Shown: one piece after another, positions 36,301-45,990 of the stretch | Layout: each line of letters begins with the position of its first letter | Numbering within the stretch: position 1 is the stretch's first letter | Assembly: GCA_965227405.1 (NCBI GenBank) | Contig: OZ245758.1 | Span: 3,124,338 to 3,188,337 of the forward strand | Direction of reading: 5' to 3' | DNA length: 64,000 nt | DNA from: Polyangiales bacterium | GTDB taxonomy: Bacteria; Myxococcota_A; Polyangia; Polyangiales; Houyiibacteriaceae | The notes under the pieces: model-generated | The model's database searches: none | The model's input: the letters and a program-made list of their open reading frames with translations, nothing else | What the model was told of the DNA's origin: nothing | Position numbers and translations under genes: made by a program

Positions 36301-37872
36301 TTAGCGGCGCAGCCATTCCCGCAAAGCCTCCAGCGGACGACAGTTGAGTACATCGTCCACCGTCAGACCCGCGCGTCGCGCGACCGCAACGCCATGATCC
36401 AAGTTGCGGATCTCCTGAATCGAATGTGCGTCTGCCGAGATGCTCACCAGCACCCCACGCTCTCGCGCTTTCGCCAAGTGCTCGGCACTGAGATCCAAAC
36501 GCGCAGGGTTCGCGTTGAGTTCGATGGCACAACCCGCTTCGGCACACGCGTCCAGCAACACTTCGACGTCGAAATCGGCAGGTTTGCGTCCCAGCAAAAG
36601 GCGTCCGGTGGGATGACCGATACAGCAGGTGTGTGGGTTCTTGGCTGCAGCGACTAAACGCTGGGTTCGCGTTTCGCGGTCATGCCGGTAGCGCCGGTGA
36701 ATGGATGCGATCACCACCTCGAGGGTGCCCAGCACCGCATCGGGGTAGTCGAGTTCACCGTGTTCCAGGATGTCGCTCTCGACTCCGGTCAGCAGGACGC
36801 ACCCCGCGCCGGAACCGTTGAGCTCTGCGATCGTCTGCGCTTGCTTCGCGAGTGCATCGGCTTGAAGACCGCGTGCGTAAAACGCGCTGGCGCTGTGCTC
36901 CGAAATCCCAAAGTACGCGAGTCCCGCTGCAGCTGCGGCATCGCGCATCTGTTCGATGCTGTGCGAGCCGTCAGAAGCGAGTGTGTGGTTGTGCAGCGCG
37001 CCGCGCAGAGCGTTGCGCGAGACCAGCGGCGTCGTGGCTTTCCCGACTTCGACGAGTGGCACGTGTGGTTCACGACGTTCGGGTGGAGTCGGGTGCAGTC
37101 CAAGCAACGCATACACTGCGTCTTCGTCGTCGGCGTCAGCCAGCTCGACATCGCGTTCCGCGGCTCGCTCTTGAAGCGCTTGGACATGTTCGTCAGACGC
37201 ACGGAGCTGAAGCGCCTGCCAGCCGAACCCTGCGCTTGCATGCACAACGCTGAGTCCTTCAGGAGCCTCCACCGGATCGGCGTCACCGACGATGACACCG
37301 ATCGCTTCGACCAGCTCCCAGCCGCGGGGAAGGTGTCCTGTCGGAAGCGCGCGACGACCCTTCAACGACTCCAACAAGGGCTGAACGATGGCGGTCGCAT
37401 GATCACGCCGCAGTTTCCCAGCGTTGGCTTTCTTCTCGAGGATTTGATCGAGGACTTTGGCCTGCGTCTTCTTTCCAAAACCCTTCAGGTCCAGCAGGCG
37501 GTTTTCTCGACACGCGTACTCCAGTTCGGCCAGCGAGGTGATGTCGAGTTCTTCCCAGAGCAGTTTGATCTTCTTGGCGCCCAACCCCTTGATGTGTCGG
37601 ATCTCGAAGAGTCCCTCGGGCAAGCCCTCTTCGATCTCGTCCAACACTTTCGGACGAAGACCATCGAGTAGATCTGCAACAAGCGCTGAGGTGGACGGAC
37701 CGATCCCGCGAACGCGGGCAAGCCTTCGCTCTTCGATCATGACCTGAAGATCCTCGTCCACGCTTCGCAGTGCCCACGCCGCGTTGGACCACGCCCGAGC
37801 TCGCTTATCGCTTTTCAGTTCCGCGGCGAACGCCAGGCGTTGAATCGCACGAACGATCTCCTTCCGAGTCAC
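36301..37872 (-). CDS. polX: DNA polymerase X family protein with C-terminal PHP phosphoesterase domain (PolX)
   Basis: HhH motifs (VRGIGPSTSALVADLL, IKGLGAKKIKLLWEEL). Pol beta-like core. PHP domain ALHNHTLASDGSHSIEQM...LTGVESDILEHG. Start probably GTG ~37872 (VTRKEIVRAIQRL); the ATG at 37998 would overlap the upstream gene by 118 bp. Confidence 0.85.
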   Translation of the reverse strand: MTRKEIVRAIQRLAFAAELKSDKRARAWSNAAWALRSVDEDLQVMIEERRLARVRGIGPSTSALVADLLDGLRPKVLDEIEEGLPEGLFEIRHIKGLGAKKIKLLWEELDITSLAELEYACRENRLLDLKGFGKKTQAKVLDQILEKKANAGKLRRDHATAIVQPLLESLKGRRALPTGHLPRGWELVEAIGVIVGDADPVEAPEGLSVVHASAGFGWQALQLRASDEHVQALQERAAERDVELADADDEDAVYALLGLHPTPPERREPHVPLVEVGKATTPLVSRNALRGALHNHTLASDGSHSIEQMRDAAAAAGLAYFGISEHSASAFYARGLQADALAKQAQTIAELNGSGAGCVLLTGVESDILEHGELDYPDAVLGTLEVVIASIHRRYRHDRETRTQRLVAAAKNPHTCCIGHPTGRLLLGRKPADFDVEVLLDACAEAGCAIELNANPARLDLSAEHLAKARERGVLVSISADAHSIQEIRNLDHGVAVARRAGLTVDDVLNCRPLEALREWLRR

Positions 37873-37879
37873 CCCAACG

Positions 37880-38596
37880 TTATACACGCTTCTGGGGAAG
37901 CCAACGCAGCACCACCCGTCTGCCGTCTTCGTCTCCGATAACTTCGTGGGGTGCACGGGCTGCATCGCGGTATCCCACGCGATCGAGCCGTCGCGCACTT
38001 TGTTGAATGGGTCGAGCCACTCCGATCACTTCCACCCGATCGCCCGTACGAAGTTCGACCACACTCACTTGGTTGTGCGCGTACCGAGGCAGCCCCAAGT
38101 GCGCCGGAAGCATCCGGCGATGCCGAACGCTTAAACCGTCGATGACCGAGCTGGTCAGCTCGACACGCCGTGGCGCGATCACGATCGGCGCCAACCCAAG
38201 CGAAATGATCACGGGCGGGCCCTCGTCTGGAGCCACCGTGAAGTCGCATGCTTTCGCAACGCGCCACGGACTGGGATCGTTGGCCCACGCGTCCCACACC
38301 AACGTGGTCTGCTCGTTGGAGTGCAACGTGCCGACGACCCGTTGGCCTTCGCCAGCTCGCATCAGTCCCAAGCAGTCGCGGCCGTCGTCGTCGAACGGAA
38401 GCTGCCAGCCCAAGTACGAGCGCAGACCCACGCGCCCCAGCCACCGCTGCCACCAACTTCCACGTAGCTTCTCGTTTTGCTTGCGCGGGAAGTACGCCGA
38501 TTTGACGACGAAGCCCACGCCTTGGTCCGGTTCGTCGTCGCGCCAGTGAACTTCGCGCACGCGGGTTCCAGAGAAGTGTTGAACGAAGACGTGCAT
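37880..38596 (-). CDS. Hypothetical protein, possibly MOSC-like
   Basis: Internal ATG MHVFVQHFSGTRVREVHW.... Weak resemblance to MOSC beta-barrel proteins. Start uncertain. Confidence 0.3.
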   Translation of the reverse strand: MHVFVQHFSGTRVREVHWRDDEPDQGVGFVVKSAYFPRKQNEKLRGSWWQRWLGRVGLRSYLGWQLPFDDDGRDCLGLMRAGEGQRVVGTLHSNEQTTLVWDAWANDPSPWRVAKACDFTVAPDEGPPVIISLGLAPIVIAPRRVELTSSVIDGLSVRHRRMLPAHLGLPRYAHNQVSVVELRTGDRVEVIGVARPIQQSARRLDRVGYRDAARAPHEVIGDEDGRRVVLRWLPQKRV

Positions 38597-38626
38597 CGAG
38601 GAGAAGGTACGCCAGTCGTGACCGAA

Positions 38627-39913
38627 ATGAACTTCGATGGGCTGGTGGGGCCCACTCACAACTTTGCAGGTCTCGCGTTCGGCAACACGGCGTCGACGGC
38701 CAACAAGGGGCAGGTCAGCAGTCCGCGCGCGGCCGTGCTCGAGGGTCTTGCCAAGATGGAAGCCCTGCACCAGCTCGGTGTGCCGCAGGGAATCTTGCCT
38801 CCCCAACAGCGACCTCGGATCGATGTCCTTCGCAAACTCGGCTTTTCGGGAGACGACGCCAAGGTGCTGCAACAAGCCCAAAGCGACGCACCTCATCTCT
38901 TGGCGGGCGTGTTCAGCGCGTCACCGATGTGGGCAGCGAACGCAGCGACGGTTAGTCCTTCGGCGGACACACGTGACGGCTGCGTGCACTTCACGCCGGC
39001 CAACCTCATCACGCTCTTTCATCGATCGCTCGAAGGTCCAGACACCGCGCGCGCGTTGCGTCGCATCTTTCCGACCGAGCGCTTTGTCGTGCATGAACCC
39101 CTCCCTGCTTCCGTTCCATGGGGCGACGAAGGCGCGGCCAACCACATCCGGTTTCACGACGGTGGTGCGGGCACGGAGGTCTTCGTGTACGGACGTACGT
39201 CGGGTGGCGAAGCAACTCGGAAGTTTCCAGCACGTCAGACGTTGGACGCCTGTCGCGCGATCGTTCGCAGCCACGGTGTCGACAATGCGCTCTACCTTCA
39301 ACAAGCCGCTACGGTGATCGACGCCGGTGCGTTTCACAACGACGTTGTCTCCGTGGGTCACGAACGCGTGCTCCTCTGGCACCAGGACGCCTTTGAGGAC
39401 CCCGATGCGATCGACACGCTGTTTGCAGCGCTTGATGTTGAGCTCGTGTCGTGGCGCGTCAGTCGTGACGAGCTGAGTGTGGCGGATGCGGTCACGACGT
39501 ACCTTTTCAACTCCCAGATTGTCACCACACCCGAGGGCTGGGTGCTGATCGCACCCAAAGAAGTGGAAGAGAACCAGGCCGCGCGCACAGTGGTGGACCG
39601 ACTTCGGACCGAAGGGCTCGCGGCAGCGCACTACCTCGACGTTCGTCAGTCGATGCGAAACGGCGGTGGGCCTGCGTGCTTGCGCCTGCGGGTGGAGTTG
39701 AACGATGCCGAGCGCGCCGATGTGAACCCTGGGTGCGTGTTCACGCCGGAAAAGCACGCCGCGCTGCGTGCTTGGGCACAAACGCACTATCGCGAAGCCT
39801 TAGCGCCAGCGGATCTGATCGACCCTGCTCTGATTACGGAAACGCACGCCGCGTTGGACGCGTTGACGCAAATCCTCCAGCTCGGCAGCGACTTCTACGC
39901 GTTTCAGCGGTAG
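38627..39913 (+). CDS. astB: N-succinylarginine dihydrolase
   Basis: MNFDGLVGPTHNFAGLAFGNTAS N-terminus characteristic of AstB. Conserved ...GAFHNDVVSV...GGGPACLRLRV C-terminal region. About 428 aa. Confidence 0.8.
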   Translation: MNFDGLVGPTHNFAGLAFGNTASTANKGQVSSPRAAVLEGLAKMEALHQLGVPQGILPPQQRPRIDVLRKLGFSGDDAKVLQQAQSDAPHLLAGVFSASPMWAANAATVSPSADTRDGCVHFTPANLITLFHRSLEGPDTARALRRIFPTERFVVHEPLPASVPWGDEGAANHIRFHDGGAGTEVFVYGRTSGGEATRKFPARQTLDACRAIVRSHGVDNALYLQQAATVIDAGAFHNDVVSVGHERVLLWHQDAFEDPDAIDTLFAALDVELVSWRVSRDELSVADAVTTYLFNSQIVTTPEGWVLIAPKEVEENQAARTVVDRLRTEGLAAAHYLDVRQSMRNGGGPACLRLRVELNDAERADVNPGCVFTPEKHAALRAWAQTHYREALAPADLIDPALITETHAALDALTQILQLGSDFYAFQR

Positions 39914-41635
39914 CTACCAACCCACCACAAGCGGGTCGTCGGTCATCGATGTTCGGCGGCGCATGTTGTTATTGCGCATCGTGTTGCGCATCGACGCGGT
40001 TCGCATCTCTGAACGCGCTGACGTCATCGTGACCATTTCAGCCACCGGTTCCGGATCCACCTCGGGCTGCGCAATCGCAACTTCGGGCGCCTGCTCCACT
40101 TCGGGCTCTTCAGGCTGCTCCACTTCCGGTTCAATTACCGGTTCCGCGGCCTCGGGTTCCACGGCGGTGACTTGAGCGACTGTTTCCGGTTCGGTCTCTG
40201 CGGGCTCCATCGGAGCGTTTGGCTCCAACGATTCGGCCACGGGGGTCGACTCGCCGCTAAACACCCAAACCGATCCGATTCCGATGCCGACAACCAGCGC
40301 AGCAACTGCAGCGATCAGCGGCAATCGGTTTGGACGACGAGGCGCAGGAATCGTATCGGGCGCACCATTGTCGACGGTCAGTTCGATCGTCACCGCGTTG
40401 TCGAGGTCCGGCTTGTCCTTGTCGGCCTTCTTGCCTCGCTCAAGCGTGATCGCTTCGCTGGTATCGATCGACTCCAACCCCGGATGCGAGGGCGTGGGCG
40501 TGACCATCGTCGGGACAATTCCGGAAGTCGGATCGATCTGCCCGGTTGGCGTGACGACGATCGGCGTCGGCTGCAGTGCCGCAGCACCGTCGATCAGAAT
40601 CGCGTCGGGCGAACGGGTCATCTTGTCGAGCACGCTCGCGGGTACTTGCACCGTGACGGGCTTACCCAGCGCCGACGCGACCGAAGGATCGTGGTCGACG
40701 TTGATCTTCTCGGCCATGGAAGCGCCGATGAGCTCTGCCACCTGCTTCGCGGTGATCCGAAGCGCGCCTGGAACCGCACTGGCGAGCATCATCCGGAACT
40801 CGTCGCAGTTGGCAGGTCGCTGTTCTGGATCTTTGGACAAGGCTTTCATCAACGCTTTGTCGAGTGCCTTGGGAACTGAGATCAAACGCCCGGGACTCAC
40901 GACCTCCGGTTCGCGAACCATGTCCAAGAGGGCGAGGTCGTTTGGCGCGTCGAAGAGTCGACGCATCATCAACATCTCCCACAACACGATGCCCAACGTG
41001 TAGAGGTCGGAGCGATGGTCGAGTTCGCGACCGCGGGCCTGTTCCGGCGACATATAGCGGAACGTTCCCTTGAGCATTCCGCCTGTCGTCTTGGTCGCAC
41101 GCCCTGCAGCTTTCGCGATACCAAAGTCGATCACTTTGACGTAGCCCTTGAACGCAACCAACACGTTCTTGGGGCTGACATCCCGGTGGACGATGCCGAG
41201 CGGGTTGCCTTCATCGTCCGTAGTTTCGTGTGCGGCATGCAGACCCGCGGCGATTTGCATCGCGATCCAGGTCGCCACTTCCGGGGAGAGCCTGCGGCCC
41301 AACTTGGCGACCGCCCGCATCAACTGCGTCAGCGACACCGAAGGCACGTACTCCATGACCAGGAAGTAGTGGTTGTTCGCAAACCCGAGGTCGTGAACAT
41401 GAACGACGTTCGGATGTTCGATACGCGCCGTGATTCGCGCTTCGTCGAGGAACATCTTCACGAAGCCCTCGTCGTCCGCGAGGTGGTCATGCACGACCTT
41501 GATCGCGACATGCTTCGCGAACCCTGCGGCGCCCTGACGTCGTCCAAGGTAGAGCGCCGCCATGCCACCCGCTTTGAGCTTGGCCACAATCTCGTAGCCA
41601 GCGATGGTGTCGCCTACCTGCATTCCCCGCGACAC
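39914..41635 (-). CDS. Hanks-type Ser/Thr protein kinase with C-terminal TM segment and Pro/Glu-rich tail
   Basis: GxGxxA loop KLKAGGMAALY, VAIK, HRDVSPKNVLV catalytic loop, DFGIAKA, SPEQ activation segment. Confidence 0.9.
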   Translation of the reverse strand: MSRGMQVGDTIAGYEIVAKLKAGGMAALYLGRRQGAAGFAKHVAIKVVHDHLADDEGFVKMFLDEARITARIEHPNVVHVHDLGFANNHYFLVMEYVPSVSLTQLMRAVAKLGRRLSPEVATWIAMQIAAGLHAAHETTDDEGNPLGIVHRDVSPKNVLVAFKGYVKVIDFGIAKAAGRATKTTGGMLKGTFRYMSPEQARGRELDHRSDLYTLGIVLWEMLMMRRLFDAPNDLALLDMVREPEVVSPGRLISVPKALDKALMKALSKDPEQRPANCDEFRMMLASAVPGALRITAKQVAELIGASMAEKINVDHDPSVASALGKPVTVQVPASVLDKMTRSPDAILIDGAAALQPTPIVVTPTGQIDPTSGIVPTMVTPTPSHPGLESIDTSEAITLERGKKADKDKPDLDNAVTIELTVDNGAPDTIPAPRRPNRLPLIAAVAALVVGIGIGSVWVFSGESTPVAESLEPNAPMEPAETEPETVAQVTAVEPEAAEPVIEPEVEQPEEPEVEQAPEVAIAQPEVDPEPVAEMVTMTSARSEMRTASMRNTMRNNNMRRRTSMTDDPLVVGW

Positions 41636-41734
41636 AAGGGTAACGGGTGCCGATGAGTTCCCACAAATGTGTGACCCGCCAGGCCTTCGGATCGACGCGG
41701 ATCTGCGCGGATCTACGTCGGATCTAGGTCGGTT

Positions 41735-42283
41735 CTAGTTCAACTTGCGGCGCACTTCGTTCGCGCAGTTCTCGAGATCTCGTCCGGATTCACCCGCGGT
41801 CTTTTCCACCCAACGGGCTGCACTGCGAACGTCCCCGAACAAACGAACAGGTCGTTCGCGTGCGATCAATGCCACGATCGCCTTGGCAATTGTGCGGATC
41901 GCTGCGCCGATCACACCCTTCTGCAACACGACGAGTGCAATGGCACGCACGCGTCCCGGTCCGTCCTCGCTCGCTTCGCGCCATACCGCACGCGTTTCGC
42001 CCGATGGCGCACTCTTCGCACCTTCGATCACGATCAGCAGCGATGCTTGGCCCAGTTCGTCGGCTGTGTCGCGAACGGCTTGGATTTCCTCACGTGCCTC
42101 CGCCGGCGTTGGCGTTCCAATATGCCAACCCACCACTGTGCTTCCTTGACGTTCCCAGCCGAACACTGACGCGTTGTACCTCGCCTGTGGTAAGAATGCA
42201 TGCGATGCGCTCCGCGGGACTGCTTGCCGTATGTCTAGCTTGGTCAGCGCTGGCCCCGTCGACTGCGGAGGCCCAAGACGCAC
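41735..42283 (-). CDS. Hypothetical protein
   Basis: ORF with coding periodicity. The 5' end overlaps the divergent + gene by ~85 bp, so the true start is probably internal. Confidence 0.3.
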   Translation of the reverse strand: MRLGPPQSTGPALTKLDIRQAVPRSASHAFLPQARYNASVFGWERQGSTVVGWHIGTPTPAEAREEIQAVRDTADELGQASLLIVIEGAKSAPSGETRAVWREASEDGPGRVRAIALVVLQKGVIGAAIRTIAKAIVALIARERPVRLFGDVRSAARWVEKTAGESGRDLENCANEVRRKLN

Positions 42284-42948
42284 GCGAGCTCTTCACGCAA
42301 GGCGTCGAGGCCATGGGCGCAGAGCAGTACGAGCGCGCACGCGATCTCTTCAAACAAGCGTACGAGCTGTCCCAGCGCCCTAACATCTTGGTCAATTTGG
42401 GAAGTGCGCAGCGTCAGGTTGGCGAGCTTCTCGAAGCGCGTGCTTCGTACGAGCGGTTTCTCGAAGAGTCCGACGACCGCCGTTTGAACCGCCGTGTCGA
42501 GCAAGAACTTGAGGACGTCGAGTCGCTGATCCCGCAGCTCACGATTCGAGTCGAGAATCTCGGCGGCGGCGATCGCGTGCAGGTCGACCACGAAGATGTC
42601 GAAACCCTCGACGAGCCGTTCGAGATCAATCCAGGTCTGCGCGAAGTCCGCGTGATGCGTGGTGAGCGTGAGTTGACGTCGATTCGTGTTCGAGTTGAGC
42701 CTGAGGGTCGCGAGTTGGTCGAGCTGAGCGTTCCCGATGTCACCGATCCGGCGGAAGTCGCCATCGCACAACCGGATCCGGACCCCGATCCGGACCCCGA
42801 TCCGGGCGGAAGCAACGTGGGTGTGATCGTGGGCGTGACCTTGGGCGTGGTTGCTGTTGCCGTCGCGGTGGTGCTCGCCATTGTTCTGAGCGGCGGCGAG
42901 GATCCCTTTCAGGGCAGCATCCCGCCGGGAAGCGTGGACGTGCCATGA
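42198..42948 (+). CDS. Secreted TPR-like protein with C-terminal (PD)n linker and TM anchor
   Basis: MHAMRSAGLLAVCLAWSALAPSTAEA signal. AMGAEQYERARDLFKQAYELSQRPNILVNLGSAQRQVGELLEARASYERFL TPR-like pair. PDPDPDPDPDPG, then TM VGVIVGVTLGVVAVAVAVVLAIVL. Confidence 0.55.
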
Positions 42949-43391
42949 GGGCTTTGCTTCTCGCGTTGTTTCTCGCTAGCTGCGGCAGCGATGTCACCGA
43001 ACTGGTGATCGTGATCGAGAGTCCGGACTTACCGATCCCCGACGAGCTGCAGCAGATCGATCTGATCGTGACCGGTCCGGATGGTTCGACGGTGGTCGAC
43101 ACGATGCTGGATTTCACACTGCCCGGCGCACCCGAGCCGCCCTTGACCTTGGGACTGGTGCAAGAGGGCGAAGCAGGACCGATCGTGGCCGAAGCGATTG
43201 GTCGCACAGCCGGTGGTCAGGTCGTGACACGCACGATGCGAACGAACTTCGTGGATGGCGAGTCACGCCGAGTCACGTTGCCGCTGCAAGGTGCGTGTTT
43301 GGACATGACGTGTTCTCCGGGGATGACGTGCGACAACGGCATTTGCGTGTCGGACGAAGTCTTCGGCGAGTCGCTGCCACCGTTTCCTTAG
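42945..43391 (+). CDS. Lipoprotein, hypothetical
   Basis: MRALLLALFLASCGSD lipobox. ATGA overlap with the upstream gene. Confidence 0.5.
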   Translation: MRALLLALFLASCGSDVTELVIVIESPDLPIPDELQQIDLIVTGPDGSTVVDTMLDFTLPGAPEPPLTLGLVQEGEAGPIVAEAIGRTAGGQVVTRTMRTNFVDGESRRVTLPLQGACLDMTCSPGMTCDNGICVSDEVFGESLPPFP

Positions 43392-43401
43392 GGGACCCTC
43401 C

Positions 43402-44619
43402 CTAGAGCTCGTGCAACTGCACGGACTTGAGATCGACCGCGTCGATGATCGCGGACACGGACAAGAACGCCGCGAGCGCGGGTAGCTCCTTGGCCCATGT
43501 CGGGAGATAGGTCGGCTTGTCGATCGCGTCGTCGAATGCGCCTTCCAACGCGTCAATGTCGCCGAGAGTCACCCGTCCTACAAATAAGCGTTCGATGACG
43601 TCGACGCGATGCTCCGAGATCGCTTTGCGCAAGTAGGTGTGCATGGCGAACAGCCCTTTGAGGTACACGACGTCTTTCGTGAACGGATAGCGTCCGCGAA
43701 CATCGCCTCCCCGGAACACGCGCATGGTTGTTCGCACGGCTTCATTTTCCGGTTCGTCGAGTTCAAGCAAGCGCTCGAACACCTGAACGAAGTCAGCGCC
43801 TTGTTCCGCGAGATGAATCGCTTCGATCCGCAGTGCGATTCGGCGAAGGCGCGCGAGATCGATCGCGCCTGTGACCAGTTCAGCAAACGTAGCCAGTCCT
43901 TCTTGGGTGGCGGTTGTTCGGGGTGCGCCTAAACCCAGCGCGCGGATCCGACTTTGTTTGCGTCCGTTGCGCGACGTCAACGCATGCACGCCGATCTCGT
44001 GGGCCGACAACTGACGCGCGTCGTAGTCCGTGAAACAAGTACCGGAACGCAAACGAACCCGACTCGACGACGCCGCAGCTTTTGCACTCAGATCGGCATC
44101 GATGACGATTCGCATCGGCGTGTCGAAGAAGCCTTCCCAGTCTTGGGCAAGTTGATCTGCGACGGCGTGGGCGGTCACACAGTACGCGCCTTCGACCGGT
44201 TGAGTTGCTGCTGCGAGCGTCGCACTACTGTCGAGTAGACGCGTCGCGGCTTCCCGGTGTGTCATGTCGGAACCCAAAAGAGTTCCATTGGCACCTCCGT
44301 AGATCTCACGGCTGATGCGATGAAACTCGGGAGTGCCGACGTGTTCGAGTAAATCGGCGGCACGACGATAGCTATGGGCCGTGCGTGCGATGTACGCCTG
44401 AATCGGATCGGCCGTGTCGCACGCGCTCTCGATCGCGACGAGTTCCGCCGCAGCATCGCTGGTTTGCTTCTCCCGAATCGTGGGGAGCTTGGGGTTCTGT
44501 TTACGCCAGCTCTCCAGGAACTCGTTCGCGACGCGTTGCGACCAGGACAGCGCACTCAGAACTTTGAGCGACTTTGCCGCGTCGACCAATCGGTCCGAGA
44601 GTTCTTCACGAGACGCCAC
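43402..44619 (-). CDS. QEGLA-motif protein (DUF1704 / flavohemoglobin expression-modulating family, putative metallopeptidase-like)
   Basis: HEIGVHALTSRNG...TTATQEGLATFAE carries the family-defining QEGLA block. Confidence 0.6.
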   Translation of the reverse strand: MASREELSDRLVDAAKSLKVLSALSWSQRVANEFLESWRKQNPKLPTIREKQTSDAAAELVAIESACDTADPIQAYIARTAHSYRRAADLLEHVGTPEFHRISREIYGGANGTLLGSDMTHREAATRLLDSSATLAAATQPVEGAYCVTAHAVADQLAQDWEGFFDTPMRIVIDADLSAKAAASSSRVRLRSGTCFTDYDARQLSAHEIGVHALTSRNGRKQSRIRALGLGAPRTTATQEGLATFAELVTGAIDLARLRRIALRIEAIHLAEQGADFVQVFERLLELDEPENEAVRTTMRVFRGGDVRGRYPFTKDVVYLKGLFAMHTYLRKAISEHRVDVIERLFVGRVTLGDIDALEGAFDDAIDKPTYLPTWAKELPALAAFLSVSAIIDAVDLKSVQLHEL

Positions 44620-44652
44620 GACGTCGACTTTACGCTACGAGTGCTGGTGTAA

Positions 44653-45990
44653 CTAGGCTCGGCTCAACCCATGTTTTTTCATGAGTCGGTGTACGTAGCT
44701 GCGATCGACTCCCATCGCTTCAGCAACGGCGCTTACGTTCCATTGTTTCCGGGCAAGCCACCCTTCGAGGTACGTGCGCTCCAGATGATCGATGCAACGC
44801 TCACGAGCGTCTTTGAACGGTTCATCCAAGTCCACCGAAGGGATTCGACGTTGTCGAGCTGGACCTGGCATGGAGTCGAGGGCACGACGCCCGCCGAGAG
44901 CACGCGCACGCTGGACGAAGTTGCGAAGCTCGCGGGCGTTGCCGAGCCAAGGCATGTTTTCGACGTCCGCCATGACGTCCGGAAGCAAGGGATCAGCCCC
45001 GGCGAGAAAATGCTCAACCAAGAGACGAATGTCTTCGCGCCGTTCGCGAAGCGGCGGGATGCTCACAGGAAGCACGGCAAGTCGGAAGTACAGGTCTTCG
45101 CGAAACGCTCCTGCTGAGACCATGGCGGCGAGGTCGCGATGCGTTGCTGCAACGACGCGAACATCGGTCGCGCGATGTTCCGCTTCTCCAACTCGCCGGA
45201 TTTCCCCGGTCTCCAGTGCGCGTAGCAGTTTGGGTTGAACCGAAAGAGGAAGCTCGCCGATCTCGTCGAGGAATAATGTCCCACCATGGGCCGCGCCGAA
45301 CGACCCTTGATGAGCGCGGACTGCTCCAGAAAATGCCCCGCGGGTGTGCCCAAAGAGTTCGCTTTCGACCAACGACTCCGGGATCGCACCACAGTCCACG
45401 ACGATGAACGGTGCATTGGACCGCTCCGATGCCTGGTGAATTGCGCGTGCGACGACGTCCTTGCCGGTTCCTGTCTCACCAGAAATCAACACGGTGCTGG
45501 ATGTCTGTGCGTAGTCGTGAAGCAACGCGAACAACGCGCGCATCGATGCGCTTCGCCCCACCAGGGGTCCGAATGACTCCTGCGGCCAAACGCTTCGGTC
45601 TCGCGCTTCTCCCACTCGAACGAGCAGTTGGACATCTCCGAGCCGAAGCAGAGCTCCATCGTGGAGTCGAGCTCCACTGACACGGGTGGAGTTGACGAAC
45701 GTGCCGTTGGTGGAGTCCAGATCAACAACCCACGGCCCATCGAGCCGGAACTCGATGCGAGCATGGATTCGAGACACTGTGCGGTCTTGGATACAAACCG
45801 CGGTTCCTGGCGAGCTGCCAATCTCGATGTCGTTGTCGATCTCGAGCGATCGGGGTTGAGTCTCTACGTTCCAGTGAAGTTCGATGGGTTGCCGAACAAA
45901 CTTGGTTGCAGCGACCCGAGTGGTTGCCTCCTCCGCGTCGAAGGGATTCATATAGAGCGAGCATACCGTGGACACGCGTGACGCTGACAC
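44653..45990 (-). CDS. Sigma-54-dependent transcriptional activator with N-terminal FHA domain and C-terminal Fis-type HTH
   Basis: FHA: IGSSPGTAVCIQDRTVSRIHARIEF...LDSTNGTFVN. AAA+ sigma54 activator: ISGETGTGKDVVARAIH, GAFSGA, GTLFLDEIGEL. HTH VSAVAEAMGVDRSYVHRLMKKHGL. Confidence 0.85.
   Translation of the reverse strand: MSASRVSTVCSLYMNPFDAEEATTRVAATKFVRQPIELHWNVETQPRSLEIDNDIEIGSSPGTAVCIQDRTVSRIHARIEFRLDGPWVVDLDSTNGTFVNSTRVSGARLHDGALLRLGDVQLLVRVGEARDRSVWPQESFGPLVGRSASMRALFALLHDYAQTSSTVLISGETGTGKDVVARAIHQASERSNAPFIVVDCGAIPESLVESELFGHTRGAFSGAVRAHQGSFGAAHGGTLFLDEIGELPLSVQPKLLRALETGEIRRVGEAEHRATDVRVVAATHRDLAAMVSAGAFREDLYFRLAVLPVSIPPLRERREDIRLLVEHFLAGADPLLPDVMADVENMPWLGNARELRNFVQRARALGGRRALDSMPGPARQRRIPSVDLDEPFKDARERCIDHLERTYLEGWLARKQWNVSAVAEAMGVDRSYVHRLMKKHGLSRA

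Noticed and set aside
38007-38549. Plus-strand 180-aa ORF (Ser/Thr/Pro-rich) upstream of astB
   Set aside because: Low-complexity, with no start context. The region is better explained by the minus-strand ORF and by astB starting at ATG 38627 (MNFDGLVGPTH).
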